Source: Hyalangium minutum (lineage in GTDB: Bacteria; Myxococcota; Myxococcia; Myxococcales; Myxococcaceae). From it: 64,000 bases of DNA. Positions 57,304 through 64,000 of the stretch are shown here, piece by piece. Numbering within the stretch: the stretch's first letter is position 1; each line of letters begins with the position of its first letter. Made by a program: the position numbers and the translations under genes. The notes under the pieces were generated by a model. The model did no database searches. It saw nothing but the letters and a program-made list of their open reading frames with translations, and was not told the origin of the DNA. The stretch spans positions 124,001 through 188,000 of the forward strand of contig NZ_JMCB01000020.1 of assembly GCF_000737315.1 (NCBI RefSeq), read 5' to 3'.

Positions 57304-60300
57304 ATGAGCCGGAACCCCCTGAGCAGAGCGGCGATGTTGGTGGTCACGCTGGCAGTGATGGCGTGCGGTCAGGAGTCGCAGCAAGCGGCCTCGGAGGCGG
57401 CCGCCCCGACGACTCGTCAGGATGAACTCGCCCAGTTCAAGGCGCTGATCCTGGCGCGCACCGTGGCGGGTGGCACGGAGAGCGTGGAGTACCAGGCCGC
57501 GAAGAACATGGGCTTTCCGGTGACGCTGGCCTCGGACGAGCAGTGGGCGGGAATGACGGCGGAGCAGTTCGCCGAGTACCGCGTCATCATCCTGGGCGAT
57601 GCCAACTGCGCCAGCCTGAACGTGGCGTCCGCGGCGCTGGCCAACCGCCACGTGTGGGGCCCGGTCATCAACGGCAACGTGCTGATCGCCGGCACGGCGC
57701 CGGTGGCCAACGGGGCGACGTCGGTGACGGAGCAGGCCATCCAGTTCGCCGCGTACTCGCCCGGCCAGACGGGCCTGTACCTGTCCCTGAGCTGCTACTA
57801 CCAGAACGCGGCTCCCGAGACGCACGTGGAGTTGCTGGAGTCGTTCGGCGAGTTCTCGGTGCAGGGCGGTGGCTGCCACGCCAGCGCGCATGTCGTCGGC
57901 GAGCACCCGGCGCTTGCGAATGTGACGGACGCTGCCATGTCCAACTGGCCCTGCTCGGTGAACGCGCAGTTCGACCGCTTCCCGAAGGCCAACTTCGCGC
58001 CCCTGTCCGTGGCCGAGTACTCGGAGAGCTCGCGTGGCTCCGCTCCGGTGCACGAGTTCACGGATGGCCGGATGGGCGCTCCCTACATTCTGGCGCGCGG
58101 CGTGAACCTGCTGGGCTGTGGCAACTACGAGCAGGAGGTGGGTGAGGAGTGCGACTACGGCTACGAGTCCAACGGCCTGGCTGGTTCGGAGTGCTCCGCG
58201 ACGTGCCAGCTGAACTGGTGCGGTGACGGCATCGTGAATCCGGGCGAGGACTGCGACCTGGGCTCGGAGAACGGCCAGGGCGTCTGCCCGCGCTCCTGCC
58301 GGACCATTCCCGCGCCGCCCCCGCCGCCTCCGCCCACGAACCGTCCCCCGGTGGCCCGCTGCCGCCCGGTGCACCTGAGCGCCGGCCCGTCCTGCGGTGG
58401 CGTGGGTGCCTCCATCAACGACGGCTCCTTCGACCCGGATGACAACCTGGTGGGCTGCGTGCAGAGCGCGACGGCGTTCGAGGTGGGCTCCACCCAGGCC
58501 ACGCTGACGTGCACGGACGCGGGCGGGCAGGTGTCCTCCTGCACGGCTCTGGTGAACGTGGTGGATGACAGCGCCCCGAGCATCTCCTGCCCGGCAGCGA
58601 GCTCCTTCGAGTGCGGCACGGCCCAGGCGGCGGTGCTCCCCGCCCACGCGAACGACAACTGCGTGGCTCCCTTCGTGACGCACACCCTGCAGGGCGAGGG
58701 CTACACGCTGGGCACGCCGCGCACGGTGCGCTGGCTGGCGAGCGACGGTACCAACGAGGCGACGTGCTCCACCTCCATCACCATGGTGGACACGCTGGCC
58801 CCGAGCCTCACGCTGCGCGGTGCGGCGCAGCAGCAGCTGGAGTGCGGCGTGGGCAGCTACAGCGAGGCGGGCTACACGGCGAGCGACCTGTGCGCCGGGA
58901 ACCTGGTGGACAGCGTCTCGGTGTCCAGCACGGTGAACGCCAAGGCGGTGGGCACCTACGGGGTGAGCTACCGGGTGGTGGATGGCGCGGGCCAGGAGGC
59001 CACGGCGTCCCGCTCGGTGAAGGTGGTGGACACGCTGGCCCCGGTCCTCTCGCTGGTGGGTGCGCAGTCCCTGAAGCTGGAGTGCGGCGTGGACGGCTTC
59101 ACCCACGCGGGCGCCACGGCGGTGGATGCGTGCTCCGGCACCCTGACGGACGCCATCACCTACAGCGGCACGGTGGACACGAAGGCGGTGGGCAACTACA
59201 GCGTGACGGCGCGCGTGGTGGACGGCGCGGGCCTGGCGGCCACGGCGGTGCGCTCGGTCGAGGTGGCGGACACGAAGGCTCCGGTCCTCTCGCTGGTGGG
59301 TGCGCAGTCCATGCAGGTGGAGTGCGGTGGCAGCTTCACCAACCCGGGCGCCACGGCGACGGACGCGTGCTCCGGCCCCCTGACGGGCGCCATCACCTAC
59401 AGCAGCACGGTGAACACGGCGGCGGTGGGGAGCTACAACGTGACGGCGCGCGTGGTGGACGGTGCCGGCCTGGAGTCCACGGCGGTGCGCACGGTGGCGG
59501 TGGCGGACACGAAGGCCCCGGTCGTCACCCTCTCGGGCGCCAGCCTGGTGAACGTGGAGTGCGGCGTGGGCAGCTACACGGAGGCGGGCGCCTCGGCCAC
59601 CGACGTGTGCACCGGTGACGTGAGCAACCGGCTGAGCATCAGCGGCACGGTAAACACGGCGGCCCGCGGCACGTACACGAAGACCTACAGCGTGACGGAC
59701 GTCTCCGGCAACCAGGCCTCGGCCACCCGCACGGTGAAGGTGAACGACACGCTGGCCCCGAGCATCGCCCTGGTGGGTGCGCAGTCCCTGAAGCTGGAGT
59801 GCGGCGTGGACAGCTTCACCAACCCGGGCGCCACGGCGGTGGATGCGTGCGCTGGCAACCTGACGGGCGCCATCGCCTACAGCGGCGCGGTGAACACGGC
59901 GGTGGTGGGCAACTACACGGTGAACGCCAGCGTGGCGGACGCGGTGGGCCTGTCGGCCACGGCGGTGCGCTCGGTGCAGGTGGCGGACACGAAGGCCCCG
60001 GTCATCACGCTCAACGGCGCCAGCGCGATGACGCTGGAGTGCGGCGTGGGCACCTACACGGAGCAGAGCGCCACGGCGGCGGACGCGTGCACGGGCAACG
60101 TGACCAGCCGGCTGAACATCACCGGCACGGTGAACACGGCGGTCCGCGGCACGTACACGAAGAACTACAGCGTGACGGATGTGTCCGGCAACGTGGCCAC
60201 GGCGACGCGCACGGTGACGGTGAACGACACGCTGGCCCCGACGGTGACGCTGGCAGGCTCGGCCACCATGTCCCTCCAGGTGGGCAGCGCCTACGTGGAG

Positions 60301-60915
60301 CCGGGCTCCTCGGCCACGGACTCCTGCTCCGGGACCCTGACCGTCACCAAGACGGGCACGGTGAACACGGCAGTGCCCGGTACCTACACGCTGACCTACA
60401 CGGCGCGCGATGCGGCGGGCCTGAGCGCCTCCAAGACGCGCACGGTGACGGTGGTGGGCAACACCTGCAACACCACCATCACGGTGAAGCCGACCCAGCA
60501 GATCTGGCCGCCGAACCACAACTACCAGACGTTCACCCTGTCTGACTGCGCCGCCGTGACGACCAACTGCGGCCCCGATGATGACGGTGGCTGCGGCCAC
60601 GGTGGCTCGGCCATCGATGAGATGGGCAAGATCCTCTCCATCTACAGCGACGAGGTGGAGGATGCGAATGGCAACGGCGACGGCAAGACGGACGACGACA
60701 TCGTCATCACCGGCCCGAGCAGCTTCAAGCTGCGCGCCGAGCGCCAGGGCAAGGGCAACGGCCGCATCTACGGCGTGCGCTTCAAGGTGACGGACACCTC
60801 CGGTACCATCAAGACGGCCACCTGCAAGTTCGTGGTGCCGCACGACCAGTCGGACCGCCAGGGCATCGATGACGGCGCCGCCGCGGGCTACACGGTGAAC
60901 GCCCCGAACTGGTAG
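57304..60915 (+). CDS. Large surface lipoprotein with Cys-rich repeats and seven DUF5011/Ig-like repeats
   Basis: Lipobox VMAC; CG..E..CD repeats; 7 units of about 80 aa starting DT(L/K)AP; C-terminal WPPNH...LRAER..GNGRIY. Confidence 0.9.
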   Translation: MSRNPLSRAAMLVVTLAVMACGQESQQAASEAAAPTTRQDELAQFKALILARTVAGGTESVEYQAAKNMGFPVTLASDEQWAGMTAEQFAEYRVIILGDANCASLNVASAALANRHVWGPVINGNVLIAGTAPVANGATSVTEQAIQFAAYSPGQTGLYLSLSCYYQNAAPETHVELLESFGEFSVQGGGCHASAHVVGEHPALANVTDAAMSNWPCSVNAQFDRFPKANFAPLSVAEYSESSRGSAPVHEFTDGRMGAPYILARGVNLLGCGNYEQEVGEECDYGYESNGLAGSECSATCQLNWCGDGIVNPGEDCDLGSENGQGVCPRSCRTIPAPPPPPPPTNRPPVARCRPVHLSAGPSCGGVGASINDGSFDPDDNLVGCVQSATAFEVGSTQATLTCTDAGGQVSSCTALVNVVDDSAPSISCPAASSFECGTAQAAVLPAHANDNCVAPFVTHTLQGEGYTLGTPRTVRWLASDGTNEATCSTSITMVDTLAPSLTLRGAAQQQLECGVGSYSEAGYTASDLCAGNLVDSVSVSSTVNAKAVGTYGVSYRVVDGAGQEATASRSVKVVDTLAPVLSLVGAQSLKLECGVDGFTHAGATAVDACSGTLTDAITYSGTVDTKAVGNYSVTARVVDGAGLAATAVRSVEVADTKAPVLSLVGAQSMQVECGGSFTNPGATATDACSGPLTGAITYSSTVNTAAVGSYNVTARVVDGAGLESTAVRTVAVADTKAPVVTLSGASLVNVECGVGSYTEAGASATDVCTGDVSNRLSISGTVNTAARGTYTKTYSVTDVSGNQASATRTVKVNDTLAPSIALVGAQSLKLECGVDSFTNPGATAVDACAGNLTGAIAYSGAVNTAVVGNYTVNASVADAVGLSATAVRSVQVADTKAPVITLNGASAMTLECGVGTYTEQSATAADACTGNVTSRLNITGTVNTAVRGTYTKNYSVTDVSGNVATATRTVTVNDTLAPTVTLAGSATMSLQVGSAYVEPGSSATDSCSGTLTVTKTGTVNTAVPGTYTLTYTARDAAGLSASKTRTVTVVGNTCNTTITVKPTQQIWPPNHNYQTFTLSDCAAVTTNCGPDDDGGCGHGGSAIDEMGKILSIYSDEVEDANGNGDGKTDDDIVITGPSSFKLRAERQGKGNGRIYGVRFKVTDTSGTIKTATCKFVVPHDQSDRQGIDDGAAAGYTVNAPNW

Positions 60916-60945
60916 TCAGTCAGCGCTGAGCGCGTCTCTCGCGCC

Positions 60946-60982
60946 AGACGCCCGGCAATCCCTCGGGGTTGCCGGGCGTCTT
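60946..60982 (+). terminator. Terminator hairpin between convergent genes
   Basis: AGACGCCCGGCAA...TTGCCGGGCGTCT followed by TCATTTT. Confidence 0.8.
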
Positions 60983-61001
60983 CATTTTCAGGGAGCGGGG
61001 C

Positions 61002-62222
61002 TCAGGTGAGCATGGGCGGCTCGAGCTCCACCTTGAGCCAGCCCGGCTTGCGCAGGTCGAAGTTGCGGTAGGCGTCGATGGCGCTCGTGATGGACTCCAC
61101 GCGCGAGAGGATGGCGGTGGGGTCCACTTCTCCGGTGCGCACCAGCTCCAGCAGCTTGGGGATGTACTTGCGGTGGTTGCAGTTGCCCATCCGCAGGGTG
61201 AGGTTCTTGTTCATCGCCTCGCCGATGGGGAACGTGCGGGCCGTCTGCGGGTAGACGCCGATGATGGACAGCGTGCCTGCCTTGGCCAGGGCCTGCACGG
61301 CCCACAGCAGCGCCTGCGCGGGCGCGTCGCCGGGCACCCAGTTGCCGCCGTCCGGGTTCGTCTTGGGCGCCACCTCCTTCACCTCGCGCTTGAACTCGGC
61401 GGCCTCCTTCTTGGCCTCCTTGGCCGCGGGCCCATGGTGCGGGTGCATGGCGTCCACGCCCACCGCATCAATGGCCCGGTCCACGCCGATGCCGCCAGTG
61501 AGCCGGCGCAGCGTCTCCACGGGGTCCTCCTGCTCGAAGTGGATGATCTCGGCGCCCTGGGTCCGGGCCATTTCCAGCCGGTCCTCGAAGCAGTCGATGG
61601 CGAACACGCGGCCGGCGCCCAGCAGCTTGGCGCTCACGATGGCGAACTGGCCCACCGGCCCGCAGCCGAACACGGCCACGGTGTCGCCGGGTTTGATCTC
61701 CGCCAGCTCCGCGCCGAAGTAGCCCGTGGGGAAGATGTCCGACACGAGGATGGCCTGCTCATCCGTGACGCCCTCGGGGATGCGCACCAGGCCTACGTGG
61801 GCGAACGGCACGCGCACCTTCTCCGCCTGCATGCCGTGGAAGGGCCCGGTCATCATCGGGCCGCCGAAGAAGGCGGTGCCCGCCAGCGGGCCCTGGGGGT
61901 TGGCCTCGTTGCACTGTGCGTAGTAGCCGGAGCGGCAGTACACGCAGCTTCCGCACGCGATGGTGGAGGGGATGACGACGCGATCTCCCACGGAGAAGTT
62001 GCGCACGTCCTCGCCCAGCTCCTCGATGTAGCCGACGCCCTCGTGGCCGAGGATGGTGCCCGGCTTCATGCCCGGCAGGGTGCCGCGAATCATGTGCAGG
62101 TCCGTGCCGCAGATGGCACTGGCACTCAGGCGCACGATGGCGTCCGTGGGCTTCTCAATCCTGGGCTCCTCGACGTCATCGAGCCGGATGTCCCCGATTC
62201 CATGGAAAACGACGGCTTTCAT
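61002..62222 (-). CDS. Zn-dependent alcohol/formaldehyde dehydrogenase family
   Basis: ICGTDLH, GHE, CGSCVYC...C, GCGPVG. Confidence 0.93.
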   Translation of the reverse strand: MKAVVFHGIGDIRLDDVEEPRIEKPTDAIVRLSASAICGTDLHMIRGTLPGMKPGTILGHEGVGYIEELGEDVRNFSVGDRVVIPSTIACGSCVYCRSGYYAQCNEANPQGPLAGTAFFGGPMMTGPFHGMQAEKVRVPFAHVGLVRIPEGVTDEQAILVSDIFPTGYFGAELAEIKPGDTVAVFGCGPVGQFAIVSAKLLGAGRVFAIDCFEDRLEMARTQGAEIIHFEQEDPVETLRRLTGGIGVDRAIDAVGVDAMHPHHGPAAKEAKKEAAEFKREVKEVAPKTNPDGGNWVPGDAPAQALLWAVQALAKAGTLSIIGVYPQTARTFPIGEAMNKNLTLRMGNCNHRKYIPKLLELVRTGEVDPTAILSRVESITSAIDAYRNFDLRKPGWLKVELEPPMLT

Positions 62223-62370
62223 CGCGCGCGACTCCTTCCCCAGTAGGGCGCTGTGGTGCGAAGGGCCTCGTCCACACGGCGAGTCCCTGCGCCTTGGAGC
62301 GTGGCCATCCACGGAAGGAGGGGCAAAGCGCGGAGCCGCCCTCTCTGGAGGGCAGGGAGGGGAGCGGGCG

Positions 62371-63873
62371 CTAGCGGCTGACGTGGAAGAAGAGCCGCTT
62401 GCCGAAGACGCTGCGGAAGTTGTTCGTCTGCCGCTCCGCGTTCCACAGCTCCAGGTCCAGCGGCTGCTTGGTGCGCAGGTGGAGCGTGACACCCTCGCGG
62501 CCCTGGGAGGCCTTGAGCTCCTTGATGGCCTGCTGGTGGCTGTGGTCCAGCGCGTTGGCCACGCGCAGCAGGGTGGCGAGCTTGCGCACCGTGCGCGCCT
62601 CGGAGGGGAGCAGCCCCTCCATCCCGGAGTGCCTCAAGTCGGGCGCGCTGCGGCGGTGGTAGCGGGCCACGCGGGCCACCAGCTCGCGCTCGCGCTCGGA
62701 GAGGCCGGGGAGGTCCGCGTGGTGGATGAGGTAGTACGTGTGCTTGTGGTGGCGCTCGTAGTTCACCGCGAGGCCGATGTCGTGCAGCAACGCGGCTACT
62801 TCGAGGTAGGGCCGGGTGGACAGCGGCAGCTGGTGCAGCGCCGCGAGCTGATCGAAGAGGGTGAGCGCGAGCCGGGCCACCTGACGCGCGTGCTTCTCGT
62901 CGAAGTAGAAGCGCTGGCCGATGGCGAGCACCGCGTCCGTGAGGCTGGAGTCATCCCTCGAGGTGTCCTGCCGGTAGAGCAGGTCCACGAGCAGGCCATC
63001 GCGCAGGCCGCGGTTGACGGCGGCCACCGCGTCCACGCCCAGGTGCTTCACCACGCCCTCGAGGATGATGGCGCCGGAGACGATGATGTCCGCGCGGCGC
63101 GGATCAAAGCGCTTGCGGCGGCGCTCGGGAGGCATCTCCGCCAGGGTCTCCACGGCGTGGGAGAGCTGCCGCGCGGAGGCGATGCCCGCGTTGTCGCTGG
63201 CGGCGAAGGACACCACGGCGTTGATGGTGCCAGAGGAGCCGAGCGCCACGCGGGGCAGCCGGGGGAGCTTCTCCGGGAGCGTCTTGCGGACCACCTCGGC
63301 CACGAAGCTGCGGATGAGTCGCAGCTGCTTGGGCGTCAGGGTGCGCGAGGCGTTGAACACCTCGGTGAGCCGCACGGCACCGAGCGCGAGGCTCCAGAGG
63401 TTGTCGGGCTTCTCGCCGGTGGCGGTGGCGACCTCGGTGGAGCCGCCGCCAATGTCCACGAGCAGGGAGCGGGTGCTGGGCGGCTTGCGGTGGAGCACGC
63501 CCAGGCAGATGAGGCGCGCCTCCTCCTTGCCGCTCACCACTTCGAGATCCAATCCCGCCTCTTCGCGCACGCGGCGGACGATCTCGGCACTGTTGCGGGC
63601 TTCGCGGAGGGCGCTGGTGGCCACGGCGCGGACGCGGGCCTTGTGGCGGCGGCACAAGGCGGCGTAGCGGCGCAGGGTGGACAGCAGCCGGTCCGCGGTC
63701 TCGCGCGGCATGGAGCCGGTGGCGAAGACGCCCTCTCCGGGGCGGATGGGGTCTCGCTCCTGGTGGAGCGTCTCGAGCGCTCCATCGGGGTCGGGCCGGG
63801 CGAGCTCCAGCCGGACGGCATTGGTACCCACGTCGATGGCGGCGAGGACGGGCGGAAGGGCAGGGGAGGGCAT
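62371..63873 (-). CDS. ppx: Ppx/GppA exopolyphosphatase
   Basis: AAIDVGTN, VATSALR, GKEEA, DIGGGSTE, LLHDIG, HHKH. Confidence 0.93.
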   Translation of the reverse strand: MPSPALPPVLAAIDVGTNAVRLELARPDPDGALETLHQERDPIRPGEGVFATGSMPRETADRLLSTLRRYAALCRRHKARVRAVATSALREARNSAEIVRRVREEAGLDLEVVSGKEEARLICLGVLHRKPPSTRSLLVDIGGGSTEVATATGEKPDNLWSLALGAVRLTEVFNASRTLTPKQLRLIRSFVAEVVRKTLPEKLPRLPRVALGSSGTINAVVSFAASDNAGIASARQLSHAVETLAEMPPERRRKRFDPRRADIIVSGAIILEGVVKHLGVDAVAAVNRGLRDGLLVDLLYRQDTSRDDSSLTDAVLAIGQRFYFDEKHARQVARLALTLFDQLAALHQLPLSTRPYLEVAALLHDIGLAVNYERHHKHTYYLIHHADLPGLSERERELVARVARYHRRSAPDLRHSGMEGLLPSEARTVRKLATLLRVANALDHSHQQAIKELKASQGREGVTLHLRTKQPLDLELWNAERQTNNFRSVFGKRLFFHVSR

Positions 63874-64000
63874 GGCCGAGGGGAGCAGTGTAGCGTTTCG
63901 AACCCTGGTGTACGGAATTCATGCCAGGGGGGAGGTCAAAGTAGGCTCTATCGTGACATCCCCGTGACGTGACGTGGGGGGTTCCATGCAAGAGTCTGGC

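Noticed and set aside
57247-60843. 1198-aa overlapping ORF
   Set aside because: Off-frame shadow of the Ig-repeat gene caused by GC3 bias; R/H/G/A-rich with no motifs.

Overview
GC-rich chromosomal window from a myxobacterium (Cystobacterineae-like; inferred from the protein families present). It holds about 45 credible CDSs: Ser/Thr kinases (one fused to AAA/GAF/His-kinase), an M4 protease, dctA, dusA, a SWIM-SNF2 helicase, a reductive pyrimidine catabolism cluster (hydA, beta-ureidopropionase, preT, preA, NCS1 permease), a cyclase-ATPase-TPR protein, an IDH-family dehydrogenase, a sigma54 activator, an XRE/SDR/QueA-like cassette, a large Ig-repeat surface protein, a Zn-ADH and ppx. No complete tRNA, rRNA, CRISPR array or integrase was found. 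The most unusual segment is 33.7-38.0 kb. A lipoprotein Tox-REase-5 toxin/Imm52 pair and a frameshifted nuclease remnant lie between two identical 24-bp direct repeats. These repeats correspond exactly to a tmRNA-like T-arm plus acceptor 3' strand; each has a terminator-like hairpin on one side and a homologous ~50-bp arm on the other, with no ssrA or integrase nearby. Other observations: an orphan RpnS-like ORF, a signal-peptide-deleted M4 protease, a pseudo-histidine kinase, a degenerate cyclase, a PHD-like oxygenase coupled to an Ap4A phosphorylase, and a QueA paralog. All product calls come from motif recognition by eye; no database search was run.
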